Position numbers and translations under genes: made by a program
Assembly (NCBI GenBank): GCA_958426775.1
Contig: CATZZP010000001.1
Location: 38,299 to 102,298 of the forward strand
Direction: 5' to 3'
DNA: 64,000 nucleotides
Source: an uncultured Bacillota bacterium
GTDB lineage: Bacteria; Bacillota; Clostridia; Lachnospirales; CAG-274
In this document: in pieces, positions 9,298 through 18,497 of the stretch
Numbering within the stretch: the stretch's first letter is position 1
Layout of the letters: the number at the start of each line of letters is the position of its first letter
Notes under the pieces: model-generated
What the model was told of the DNA's origin: nothing
Databases searched by the model: none
What the model saw: the letters and a program-made list of their open reading frames with translations, nothing else

Positions 9298-9326
9298 TTG
9301 ACAAGTTCCGCCTTTAGTGTTACAAT
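9298..9326 (+). promoter_or_regulatory. Sigma-A type promoter of pyr operon (TTGACA-17-TACAAT), overlapped by a 7-bp inverted repeat
   Basis: TTGACA at 9298-9303, 17-nt spacer, TACAAT at 9321-9326. GGCGGAA (9287-9293) and TTCCGCC (9306-9312) form a perfect inverted repeat bracketing the -35. Confidence 0.5.
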
Positions 9327-9363
9327 CGATTAGATACAAACAATAAAAAAGGAGGAACAAACT

Positions 9364-9480
9364 ATGAGCTATGCTATCACTTGCAGACATAAAATGCCTA
9401 AACTTGATAATATACCTTTTCCTTCTATTTTTATTTGCTGTTCCGTTAAAGAACAAAGACAATGGAAAGAGTGTTTTTAA
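9364..9480 (+). CDS. Candidate 38-aa leader peptide ORF upstream of pyrB (speculative)
   Basis: ATG at 9364 is 8 nt after GGAGG (9351-9355). Translation MSYAITCRHKMPKLDNIPFPSIFICCSVKEQRQWKECF. It lies between the pyr promoter and pyrB and is followed by U-rich tracts (CCCTTTTTTATTG twice) and a CCC-UUCG-GGG hairpin. Confidence 0.3.
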   Translation: MSYAITCRHKMPKLDNIPFPSIFICCSVKEQRQWKECF

Positions 9481-9564
9481 AGCCCTTTTTATTGTCTTTT
9501 TTATTGCCCTTCGGGGTAAAATACAGGCAGTGTAGTAATTTTTTAAAGGAGGTTAGGGTAAAGT

Positions 9565-10485
9565 ATGTTTAACAGAAAAGATCTTTTGGGGCTTAGGGAC
9601 TTAAGTAGCGACGAAATTATGACTATCCTTGAAACGGCAAAGGTTATGAAAGAAAGGATAGATAATCCCTCTCTCAGAAGTGACGAGCTTAAAAAAAGCA
9701 GTATCGTTACAATGTTTTATGAAAATTCTACCCGTACAAGAATGTCCTTTATGCTTGCGGGAGATTATCTGGGTGCCATAGTTAAGGACTTAGGTGTTGC
9801 CACAAGCAGTGTAAGCAAGGGCGAAAGCCTTATTGATACAGGTAAAACACTTGACCAGATGGGTATTAATGTAATGATAATAAGACATCAGCTTACAGGT
9901 GCGGCTGATGTACTTGCAAGAAATGTAAATGCCTCTGTAATAAATGCAGGTGACGGCTCAAACGAGCATCCTACCCAAGCACTTCTTGACTTGTTTACCA
10001 TTATGGATTATAAAAAACGCTTTGAGGGTCTTAATGTAACTATCTTAGGCGACATCTCCCATTCAAGGGTGGCAAGAAGCAACGCCTTCGGACTTACCAA
10101 GCTGGGTGCAAATGTTACCCTTGCAGGTCCTTCAACCCTTATAAGCGGTTCAATGCGTTCTTTAGGTGTAGAGGTTACAAGCGATATAAGGGGTGCTGTT
10201 GAAAATGCCGATGTTGTTATGGGTCTCAGAATACAGTTTGAAAGACAAAAGAATATGCCTTTCCCAAGCTTAAGAGAGTATTCAAGCCTTTTCGGTGTAA
10301 ATGCGGAAATGCTTAAGTACGCTAAAAAGGACGTGCTTGTTATGCACCCCGGTCCGGTAAATAGGGGTGTGGAGCTTTCAACAGAGGTTATAGACGGTAA
10401 AAATTCCGTAATTAACGTTCAGGTTAAAAACGGTGTAGCAGTTAGAATGGCAATTTTAAAGCTTCTTACCGAGGCTGACAGATAA
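9565..10485 (+). CDS. pyrB: Aspartate carbamoyltransferase catalytic subunit
   Basis: 306 aa; STRTR motif (ENSTRTRMSF) and HPxQ motif (HPTQALLD); typical PyrB length. RBS AAGGAGG. Confidence 0.85.
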   Translation: MFNRKDLLGLRDLSSDEIMTILETAKVMKERIDNPSLRSDELKKSSIVTMFYENSTRTRMSFMLAGDYLGAIVKDLGVATSSVSKGESLIDTGKTLDQMGINVMIIRHQLTGAADVLARNVNASVINAGDGSNEHPTQALLDLFTIMDYKKRFEGLNVTILGDISHSRVARSNAFGLTKLGANVTLAGPSTLISGSMRSLGVEVTSDIRGAVENADVVMGLRIQFERQKNMPFPSLREYSSLFGVNAEMLKYAKKDVLVMHPGPVNRGVELSTEVIDGKNSVINVQVKNGVAVRMAILKLLTEADR

Positions 10486-10496
10486 GGAGGTATTTT

Positions 10497-11786
10497 ATGA
10501 AGCTTTTGATTAAGGGCGGTAGGGTAATAGACCCCGCAAACTGTATTGATATGGTTATGGACGTGCTTGTTTGTGACGGCAAAATTGCAAAGGTGGATAC
10601 TGCAATAAATGAAGAGGCTGATGAAGTTATTGATGCCTCCGGTATGTGGGTAACTCCGGGTCTTATTGACCTGCATGTGCATTTAAGAGAACCGGGCTTT
10701 GAAAAAAAGGAAACCATAAAAACAGGCAGTATGGCGGCGGCGGCAGGCGGTATTACCACAATCTGTGCCATGCCTAACACAAGCCCCGTTACAGATAATG
10801 AAATTATGGTGGAATATATCAAGCTTAAGGCAGACAGAGAGGCTATAGTAAATGTATTGCCCATAGGTGCAATCACCAAGGGACAGTTAGGCGAGGAGCT
10901 TGCAGACATCGGCAGAATGTCAGCAGTAGGTGCCTGTGCTATCTCTGAGGACGGCAAGAGCGTTGCAAATTCAGCTCTTATGAAAACTGCCTTAAAGTAT
11001 GCAAGTATGTTTAATATGCCTGTGTTTGACCACTGTGAGGACGCTCTCCTTGCAGGCAAGGGCAGTATGAACGCAGGAAATCAGGCGGCACTTTTAGGCT
11101 TAAAGGGTATAAGCAACGACAGCGAGGAGGTTATTGTATCAAGAGATATGATACTTGCCGACAGTGTAGGTGCCTCTATCCATTTATGCCATATAAGCAC
11201 AGCAGGAAGTGTGGAGCTTATAAAGCAGGCTAAGGAGCGGAACGTAAAGGTAACGGCAGAGGTTACACCTCATCACTTTACCTTATGTGACGAGGATATA
11301 AAGGAATATGACGCCGACTTTAAAATGAACCCTCCTCTCAGGAGCAAAAGAGATGTATATGCTATGAAGCAGGCTCTTAAGGAGGATATTTTACAGGTAA
11401 TAGCAACAGACCATGCTCCTCATCATGTTGATGAAAAGAATTGCGAGTTTGAAAAGGCGGCAAACGGTATAGTAGGGCTTGAAACCTCTCTTGCACTTTC
11501 AATTACGGAGCTTGTAGAGGGTGGCTGGCTTACACCTTATCAGCTTATTGAAAAAATGTCAGCAAACCCTGCAAAAATCTTAGGCAGAACAGATATTGGC
11601 AACCTTTCCGAGGGTTCAAGAGGCGATATAACCATAATTGACCCTGATACGGAGTACACAATTGATAAGAGCAAAATGTACAGCAAGGGCAAGAACACAC
11701 CTTTTGACGGCAGAAAGGTCAAGGGTATTGCAGCTTACACAATTGTAGGCGGTAAGGTTGTTGCCAAGTACGGAGTAATTCAGTAA
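10497..11786 (+). CDS. pyrC: Dihydroorotase
   Basis: 429 aa; metal-binding DLHVHLREPG motif near the N-terminus and a later aspartate motif (ATDHAPH). Confidence 0.85.
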   Translation: MKLLIKGGRVIDPANCIDMVMDVLVCDGKIAKVDTAINEEADEVIDASGMWVTPGLIDLHVHLREPGFEKKETIKTGSMAAAAGGITTICAMPNTSPVTDNEIMVEYIKLKADREAIVNVLPIGAITKGQLGEELADIGRMSAVGACAISEDGKSVANSALMKTALKYASMFNMPVFDHCEDALLAGKGSMNAGNQAALLGLKGISNDSEEVIVSRDMILADSVGASIHLCHISTAGSVELIKQAKERNVKVTAEVTPHHFTLCDEDIKEYDADFKMNPPLRSKRDVYAMKQALKEDILQVIATDHAPHHVDEKNCEFEKAANGIVGLETSLALSITELVEGGWLTPYQLIEKMSANPAKILGRTDIGNLSEGSRGDITIIDPDTEYTIDKSKMYSKGKNTPFDGRKVKGIAAYTIVGGKVVAKYGVIQ

Positions 11787-11797
11787 GGAGGATGACT

Positions 11798-12730
11798 ATG
11801 ATTATTGATACCTTAATTACAAAAATTCAGCAAACGGGCAATCCTACAGTAGTAGGTCTTGACCCAAGGCTTAACTATATTCCTGCATATATAACCGACA
11901 AGTACTACACTAAGTACGGCTACACAAAAAAGGCTGCGGCTAAGTCAATGTACAGGTTTAATAAGGCAATAATTGACGCTGTTTGGGATATTGTACCTGC
12001 CGTAAAACCTCAGATTGCTATGTATGAAAGATACGGAATTGAGGGCATTAAGGCATATGCCAAAACCTGTGCCTATGCCAAGTCAAAGGGACTTGTGGTT
12101 ATAGGCGATATTAAAAGAAGCGATATTTCATCAACAGCAGAGGCTTATTCAGACGGATTTTTAGGTCAGGTTACGGTAGGAGAGAATGTTTTTGACTCAG
12201 ACTTTCATCAGGACTTTGTAACTATCAATGCCTACTTAGGCTCTGACGGTGTAACACCTTTTATTAAGGACTGCAAGGCTTTTGACAAGGGGCTTTTTAT
12301 CCTTGCAAAAACCTCTAACCCAAACAGCGGTGAAATACAGGATTTAGAGTTTGACGGTATGACAGTTTATCAGAAAATGGGCTTACTGATTGAAAAATGG
12401 GGTGCTGATTTAATAGGGGAAAACGGCTACAGTGCAGTAGGTGCTGTAGTAGGTGCAACCCACCCTGAGCAGGCTAAGAAATTAAGAGAGCTTATGCCTC
12501 ACACCTTCTTCCTTGTACCGGGCTACGGTGCCCAGGGCGGTAAGGCAGAGGATTTGGCAGTCTGCTTTGATAACAACGGCATAGGTGCTGTTGTAAATTC
12601 ATCAAGAGGCATAATTGCAGCACATATGAAGGAGGAGTATAAGACCTGCTTCAACGATGAAACACAGTTTGCACTTGCTGCAAGACAGGCTTGTATTGAT
12701 ATGAAAAATGATTTAAGGAGATGTATTTAA
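11798..12730 (+). CDS. pyrF: Orotidine 5'-phosphate decarboxylase (long, type-2 form)
   Basis: About 310 aa. N-terminal ...TKIQQTGNPTVVGLDPRL... is typical of type-2 OMP decarboxylase. Start moved to ATG 11798 (6 nt after AAGGAGG 11785-11791); the ORF-track ATG at 11792 abuts the SD. Confidence 0.7.
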   Translation: MIIDTLITKIQQTGNPTVVGLDPRLNYIPAYITDKYYTKYGYTKKAAAKSMYRFNKAIIDAVWDIVPAVKPQIAMYERYGIEGIKAYAKTCAYAKSKGLVVIGDIKRSDISSTAEAYSDGFLGQVTVGENVFDSDFHQDFVTINAYLGSDGVTPFIKDCKAFDKGLFILAKTSNPNSGEIQDLEFDGMTVYQKMGLLIEKWGADLIGENGYSAVGAVVGATHPEQAKKLRELMPHTFFLVPGYGAQGGKAEDLAVCFDNNGIGAVVNSSRGIIAAHMKEEYKTCFNDETQFALAARQACIDMKNDLRRCI

Positions 12731-12732
12731 CC

Positions 12733-13821
12733 ATGGAAAAAACCATAAAGGCTGAATTAATACTTGAAAACGGTATGAAGTTTAAGGGTAACGCCTTCGG
12801 CTATATTAAGGAAACTGTCGGTGAGGTTGTATTTACCACAGGTATGACAGGCTATCAGGAAACTATTACAGACCCCTCCTTTGCAGGTCAGATTGTAACT
12901 ATGACCTATCCTCTTATCGGTAACTACGGCATTAACCTTGATGATATGGAAAGTCGTAAGCCCTTCCTTAAGGCTCTTGTTGTAAGAGAAAAATGTGATA
13001 TGCCAAATAACTGGCGTTGTGAAATGGAGCTTGACGGCTATTTAAGACAGAATAAGATTATGGGACTTGAGGGCATAGACACAAGAGCCTTAACAAGAAC
13101 CATAAGAGAAAAGGGCTGTATGAAGGGTATTATTACCACAAGAGTTGACGACCTTACACCAAGCCAGATTAAGCAGAAGTTTGATACCTGCACCAACGTA
13201 AATGTGGTTAAAGAAGTAACTATTGATGAGCCTTATACCGTAAGCGGTATAGGCACACACCTTGCAGTCCTTGACTGCGGTATTAAAAACGGTATTATAC
13301 GTGACCTTTCAAAGCGTGGCTGTAAGCTTAGTGTATTCCCTGCCTATACTTCGGCAGATGAAATACTTGCGGTTAATCCTGATGCTATCTTCTTGGGCAA
13401 CGGCCCGGGTGACCCTAAGGATATACCTGAAATTGTAGATACGGTAAAGGCTCTTATTGAAAGCGGTAAGCCTGTACTTGGTATCTGCTTGGGTCATCAG
13501 CTTATAAGCCTTGCTTTAGGCTGTAACACAACTAAGCTTAAATTCGGTCACCATGGCGGTAACCACCCTGTTAAGGATTTACAGACAGGCAGAGTTTATA
13601 TTACAAGCCAGAACCACAACTATGTGGTATGCGACCTTTGCGACGAGGTAGAGCCTACCTTTATAAATGTAAATGACGGAAGTATTGAGGGTATACGTCA
13701 TAAGACAAAGCCTATCTATTCAGTACAGTTCCACCCTGAGGCAAGTCCCGGACCACTTGATACCCAGGTGCTTTTTGACAGATTTTTAAAGATTATTGAG
13801 GAGGTTAAGACTAATGCCTAA
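12733..13821 (+). CDS. carA: Carbamoyl-phosphate synthase small (glutamine amidotransferase) subunit
   Basis: About 362 aa; GATase catalytic triad region GICLGHQL. Start at ATG 12733 ([14 protein letters not shown]...) is preferred; the alternative ATG 12721 overlaps the pyrF stop. Confidence 0.85.
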   Translation: MEKTIKAELILENGMKFKGNAFGYIKETVGEVVFTTGMTGYQETITDPSFAGQIVTMTYPLIGNYGINLDDMESRKPFLKALVVREKCDMPNNWRCEMELDGYLRQNKIMGLEGIDTRALTRTIREKGCMKGIITTRVDDLTPSQIKQKFDTCTNVNVVKEVTIDEPYTVSGIGTHLAVLDCGIKNGIIRDLSKRGCKLSVFPAYTSADEILAVNPDAIFLGNGPGDPKDIPEIVDTVKALIESGKPVLGICLGHQLISLALGCNTTKLKFGHHGGNHPVKDLQTGRVYITSQNHNYVVCDLCDEVEPTFINVNDGSIEGIRHKTKPIYSVQFHPEASPGPLDTQVLFDRFLKIIEEVKTNA

Positions 13822-16800
13822 GGATAATTCAATTAAAAAGGTTCTTGTTATAGGTTCAGGTCCTATAGTTATCGGACAGGCTGCCGAGTTTGACTACTCA
13901 GGTACACAGGCTTGCCAGTCCATTAAGGAGGAGGGCGTTGAGGTTGTACTTGTAAACTCAAACCCTGCTACAATTATGACAGATATAGGTATGGCTCACT
14001 ACACATATATTGAGCCGCTTACCGTTGATTTTCTTGAAAAGGTTATTGCTAAGGAGCGTCCTGACAGCATTATTGCAGGTATGGGCGGTCAGACAGGTCT
14101 TAACCTTAGCTGTGAGCTTTATGACAAGGGTATACTTGATAAGTATAATGTAAATGTTATCGGTACCTCAATTGCCTCTATTAAGGAGGGTGAGGACAGA
14201 GATAGCTTTAAAAGGCTTATGGAAAGAACAAATCAGCCTATAGTAGACAGTGATATTGTAACAGATGTGGAGTCGGCTGTTGCTTTTGCGGAAAAAATAG
14301 GTTATCCCGTTATTGTTCGTCCTGCTTATACCTTAGGCGGCACAGGCGGCGGTATTGCTGCTAACGAGGCTGAGCTTAGGGAAATTTGTACCCAGGGCTT
14401 ACATTTAAGCCGTGTAGGTCAGGTGCTTATTGAAAAGAGTATTGCAGGCTGGAAGGAAATTGAGTTTGAGGTTATGCGTGACGGTGCAGGTAACTGTATT
14501 ACCGTATGTTCAATGGAGAACGTTGACCCGGTAGGTGTACACACAGGTGACAGTATTGTTGTTGCTCCTGCTCAAACCCTTACAGACTATGAGTACCAGA
14601 TGCTCAGAAAGGCTGCTATAGATATTATTGACTCTATTGAAATTAAGGGTGGCTGTAATGTGCAGTTTGCCCTTGACCCTAACAGCTTCAACTATGCCGT
14701 AATTGAAATTAACCCTCGTGTCAGCCGTTCCTCTGCTCTTGCGTCAAAGGCAACAGGCTACCCTATAGCTAAGGTTGCGGCAAAAATTGCTTTGGGTTAC
14801 AATCTTGACGAAATTAAGAATGCCGTTACAGGCAAAACCGTTGCCTGCTTTGAGCCTACAATCGACTATGTAGTGCTTAAATTCCCACGTTGGCCCTTTG
14901 ATAAGTTCTTTGGTGCTAAGAGAACCTTAGGTACAAAGATGATGGCTACAGGTGAGGTTATGAGTATCGGTAAGAGCTTTGAGGCGGCATTATTAAAGGG
15001 TATCCGTTCTCTTGAAATAGGTCAGTACGGCTTAGAGAGAAAGTCCTCTACGGCAAGAAGCCTTGACGAGCTTAAGCAGAGAGTTCAGGTGCCTGATGAT
15101 GAAAGACTTTTTGACCTTGCGGAAATGCTAAGACGTGGCTACAGAGTGGAAAAGGTATGCCAGATTACAGGTATGGACCCATTCTTTGTTAATAAAATCA
15201 ACAACATTGTAGAGCTTGAGGAGGAGTTAAAGTCCATGAATCTTGAGGACTTTAACGCTGAAAACTTAAGATACTTTAAGGAAAAGGGCTTCTCAGACAA
15301 GGCAATTTCACGCTTTGTAGGCTGTACACCTCCTGATATTTACAAGCTCCGTAAGGAGTATGACATTATGCCTGTATTTAAAATGGTTGATACCTGTGCA
15401 GGTGAGTTTGAGGCTATGACACCTTACTACTACTCAAGCTATGATATGGAGGACGAGTCAATTATCTCCGATAAGAAGAAGGTTATGGTTATCGGCTCAG
15501 GACCTATCAGAATAGGTCAGGGTATCGAGTTTGACTACTGCTCTGTTCACTCAATTATGTCCCTTAAAAAAGCAGGTATTCAGACTATTATAGTAAACAA
15601 TAACCCCGAAACCGTAAGTACAGACTTTGATACAGCTGATAAGCTGTACTTTGAGCCTCTTACTGAAGAGGATGTGCTTAATGTAGTTGAAAAGGAGCGT
15701 CCTGACGGTGTAATTCTCCAGTTCGGCGGTCAGACGGCAATTAAGCTTGCTAAATTCTTTGATGAAATGAATATACCTATCTACGGTACTAAGCCTGAGC
15801 AGATTGATGCGGCAGAGGATAGAGAAAAGTTTGATGAAATCCTTGAACAGCTTGGTATTAAGCGTCCAAAGGGCGAAGGCGTATGGAGCATTGAACAAGG
15901 CAAGAGTGTTGCTGAGCGTTTAGGTTATCCCGTACTTGTAAGACCAAGCTATGTTTTGGGCGGTCAGGGTATGGAAATTACCTACAATGAGGAGGAGCTT
16001 GTCAAGTACCTTGCAGAGGCATTTGAAAAGGACAGCAAAAACCCCGTACTTATTGACAGATACTTAAGCGGTCGTGAAATTGAGGTAGATGCAATCTGTG
16101 ACGGTACAGATGTATATATCCCCGGTATTATGGAGCATTTGGAGAGAGCAGGTATTCACTCAGGCGACAGTATCTCAATCTATCCTCCTCAGCATATAAG
16201 CGAGGAGATTAAGGCACAGATTATGGACGAAACCAAAAAGATTTCCGTTGCCCTTAAGGTTATCGGTATGATTAATATTCAGTTTATCGACTATAATGGT
16301 GAGCTTAATATTATCGAGGTAAATCCACGTTCCTCAAGAACGGTGCCTTACATTACAAAGGTAACAGGTGTGCCTGTAATTGATATTGCTACAAGAGTTA
16401 TGCTTGGAGAAAAGCTTGCTGATATGGGCTACGGCACAGGTATTTGCGATACACCTAACGTGGTTGCCGTTAAGGTGCCTGTATTCTCTACGGAAAAACT
16501 TCCTCAGGTAGAGGTTAGTTTAGGACCTGAAATGCGTTCTACAGGCGAGGTATTAGGTGTTGGCTATAACCTCCAGAATGCACTTTACAAGGGCTTCCTT
16601 GCGGCAGGCATGACGCTTCCTAAGCCCGGCGGTACAATAATTGCTACCGTAAGAAGTAAGGACCATGCCGAGTTTGTTGAGCTTGCTAAGCGTCTTGAAA
16701 AGCTTGGCTGTCACTTTGTTGCAACCTCAGGCACAGCAAGGGCTGTTGAGGAGGCAGGTATTCCTGTTAAGACAGTTAAGAAGATAAGTGAGGGTGTACC

Positions 16801-17032
16801 TAACATTATAGATACTATTCGCAGCGGTGTAGTTGACTTAATTGTTGATATACCAAAGAAGGCTAACAATAAAAACTCCGACGGCTTCAAAATCCGCCGT
16901 ACGGCAGTTGAAAGCTCTGTTACCCTTGTTACCTCAATGGATACCTTTACGGCTATGGTTGAGGTTATGGAAAAACAGATTGATGAGGATAAGCTTGACA
17001 TCTTTGATATAAACAGAGATATGAGAGGCTGA
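13814..17032 (+). CDS. carB: Carbamoyl-phosphate synthase large subunit
   Basis: About 1072 aa; duplicated ATP-grasp halves ([21 protein letters not shown] and [19 protein letters not shown]) and a C-terminal MGS-like domain. Start at ATG 13814 after GAGGAGG, overlapping the carA stop. Confidence 0.9.
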   Translation: MPKDNSIKKVLVIGSGPIVIGQAAEFDYSGTQACQSIKEEGVEVVLVNSNPATIMTDIGMAHYTYIEPLTVDFLEKVIAKERPDSIIAGMGGQTGLNLSCELYDKGILDKYNVNVIGTSIASIKEGEDRDSFKRLMERTNQPIVDSDIVTDVESAVAFAEKIGYPVIVRPAYTLGGTGGGIAANEAELREICTQGLHLSRVGQVLIEKSIAGWKEIEFEVMRDGAGNCITVCSMENVDPVGVHTGDSIVVAPAQTLTDYEYQMLRKAAIDIIDSIEIKGGCNVQFALDPNSFNYAVIEINPRVSRSSALASKATGYPIAKVAAKIALGYNLDEIKNAVTGKTVACFEPTIDYVVLKFPRWPFDKFFGAKRTLGTKMMATGEVMSIGKSFEAALLKGIRSLEIGQYGLERKSSTARSLDELKQRVQVPDDERLFDLAEMLRRGYRVEKVCQITGMDPFFVNKINNIVELEEELKSMNLEDFNAENLRYFKEKGFSDKAISRFVGCTPPDIYKLRKEYDIMPVFKMVDTCAGEFEAMTPYYYSSYDMEDESIISDKKKVMVIGSGPIRIGQGIEFDYCSVHSIMSLKKAGIQTIIVNNNPETVSTDFDTADKLYFEPLTEEDVLNVVEKERPDGVILQFGGQTAIKLAKFFDEMNIPIYGTKPEQIDAAEDREKFDEILEQLGIKRPKGEGVWSIEQGKSVAERLGYPVLVRPSYVLGGQGMEITYNEEELVKYLAEAFEKDSKNPVLIDRYLSGREIEVDAICDGTDVYIPGIMEHLERAGIHSGDSISIYPPQHISEEIKAQIMDETKKISVALKVIGMINIQFIDYNGELNIIEVNPRSSRTVPYITKVTGVPVIDIATRVMLGEKLADMGYGTGICDTPNVVAVKVPVFSTEKLPQVEVSLGPEMRSTGEVLGVGYNLQNALYKGFLAAGMTLPKPGGTIIATVRSKDHAEFVELAKRLEKLGCHFVATSGTARAVEEAGIPVKTVKKISEGVPNIIDTIRSGVVDLIVDIPKKANNKNSDGFKIRRTAVESSVTLVTSMDTFTAMVEVMEKQIDEDKLDIFDINRDMRG

Positions 17033-17037
17033 TAAAC

Positions 17038-17072
17038 TTAACTCCCTGCACCTTAGTGCGGGGAGTTTTTGT
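17038..17072 (+). terminator. Rho-independent terminator after carB
   Basis: Imperfect inverted repeat AACTCCCTGCAC / GTGCGGGGAGTT followed by TTTTTG. Confidence 0.55.
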
Positions 17073-17101
17073 ATATGTAAAGGTTTTTAGGGGAGTGTAG
17101 A

Positions 17102-18379
17102 ATGAGTATAGTTGATTTTTTTAAGGGTAAATCCACAATGCCGAGAATAACAATAACGGAAAATATTAATGTGGATAAATATCCGTGGTGTAATTCTGCA
17201 ATAATGTTTTCTGTAAAGAACGGAAAAGACACTTTGAAGCACGTATATGGAAAAATAGATAAGGTTGATTACCAATACAACTCTCACCTTATGTTAAATG
17301 GTTTTCCTTTATTACAGGCGGAAAAACCTGTTTGCCCTACCTGTTTAGGCTTGCTTGCAGTAGGTTACGGAATTGAAAATATTAATTGCAGTGAGTTAGA
17401 ACAGGTAAGACAGGCTGTTAATTCCGACTATGTTAATATTAATAAATCAGTTGAAATTCTTAGTCCTCTTTTAGGGCTTTTAAGTGACGGAATTTATCTG
17501 TTAGCGGATATACCGTATTTCCCTACAAACGGTGATGGCAAATTTTTTTATGACATTCCCAATGAGCCTACTATGTTTACGGGTACCTGCCAAGGCTTTT
17601 ATTTTAATGAATTGTATTGTACTGTAGATGGTTTTCCTGCCTATCTTTATCCTACTCAGTCAGATAAGCTGATAAATAGAGAGCGTGTTAATTATTACAC
17701 TGAAATTATAAAAAGGGACGGCAAGCTTCCTCGTGGGATTGCATATTATGAAGGCGGATTTTTCAGTGCCTTACTTGACGGGCATCATAAGGCTGTTGCG
17801 GCGGCAATATGCGGTGAGGTGTTGAATTGTCTTACAATAATCAAAGCAAACGGTTATAATATTAATAAAAATGAGGGAGAAAGTCTGCTTTTTTCCGCTA
17901 TAAAAGTACCCTTTGATAATGCCTGTAAAATTACAAAAAAGACGAGAACGCCCATAGAAGAATTTACTGCAAAAAACTATACCCTTATACACAATCTGTT
18001 GACTGATATGAAATTCAAAACAGAAGAATACCCTGATATTGAGGAGCTTACCGCAATCTATGCTGTTGGTCTTGAAGATACGGAAATAATGGACAAATTA
18101 ACGGATAAATGGTTTGAAGATAACAAGTCGGATGTTTTAAGACTTACATATGCCTTAATTTATTTTTCAAAAGCCGATAGGGAAAAGGCATATAAATTAG
18201 CTAAGATGATTATTGCTGACGGCTCTTACGGACTGCCTTATAAGGAGGCATACAGGGCTTTGTTAAAGGACAGAAGTCAGGAAACAGAGGACTTGTTTGT
18301 TGACTACCTTATTAATAAGGATAGCTCAGATGAATGCTGGGATATTGTAAATTCCTATTGGGATATAAAAGATGTATAA
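17102..18379 (+). CDS. Hypothetical cytoplasmic protein (425 aa), no recognisable domain
   Basis: Long ORF with SD GGGGAG 11 nt upstream, bracketed by terminators on both sides. No signal peptide or TM segment; no motif I can assign (the KGKST stretch does not fit a Walker A). Confidence 0.5.
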   Translation: MSIVDFFKGKSTMPRITITENINVDKYPWCNSAIMFSVKNGKDTLKHVYGKIDKVDYQYNSHLMLNGFPLLQAEKPVCPTCLGLLAVGYGIENINCSELEQVRQAVNSDYVNINKSVEILSPLLGLLSDGIYLLADIPYFPTNGDGKFFYDIPNEPTMFTGTCQGFYFNELYCTVDGFPAYLYPTQSDKLINRERVNYYTEIIKRDGKLPRGIAYYEGGFFSALLDGHHKAVAAAICGEVLNCLTIIKANGYNINKNEGESLLFSAIKVPFDNACKITKKTRTPIEEFTAKNYTLIHNLLTDMKFKTEEYPDIEELTAIYAVGLEDTEIMDKLTDKWFEDNKSDVLRLTYALIYFSKADREKAYKLAKMIIADGSYGLPYKEAYRALLKDRSQETEDLFVDYLINKDSSDECWDIVNSYWDIKDV

Positions 18380-18462
18380 CTGTATTTACGAATAACCTAA
18401 AGACAGTAGCGTAAACATATAATAATTCCGGTAACTTTTGTTATATATAGATTGTGTGCAAA

Positions 18463-18494
18463 TAAAAGGGATACTTCAACGAGTATCCCTTTTT
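18463..18494. terminator. Bidirectional Rho-independent terminator
   Basis: AAGGGATACT-TCAACG-AGTATCCCTT hairpin flanked by T-runs on both strands. Serves the + hypothetical gene and the - GGDEF/EAL gene. Confidence 0.6.
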
Positions 18495-18497
18495 AGC

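Noticed and set aside
9240-9560. PyrR-binding anti-antiterminator loop in the pyr leader
   Set aside because: I searched by eye for the UCCAGAGAGG-type PyrR box and a terminator/antiterminator pair and found neither. No pyrR gene is in the window. The leader appears to use a different mechanism.
10466-11059. 197-aa minus-strand ORF
   Set aside because: It is antisense and fully inside pyrC, with Ala/Ser-rich low-complexity translation; spurious.
17105-17140. Walker A / P-loop in the 425-aa hypothetical protein (FFKGKST)
   Set aside because: The spacing does not fit [AG]x4GK[ST]: there is no Gly or Ala five residues before GK, and no Walker B is evident.
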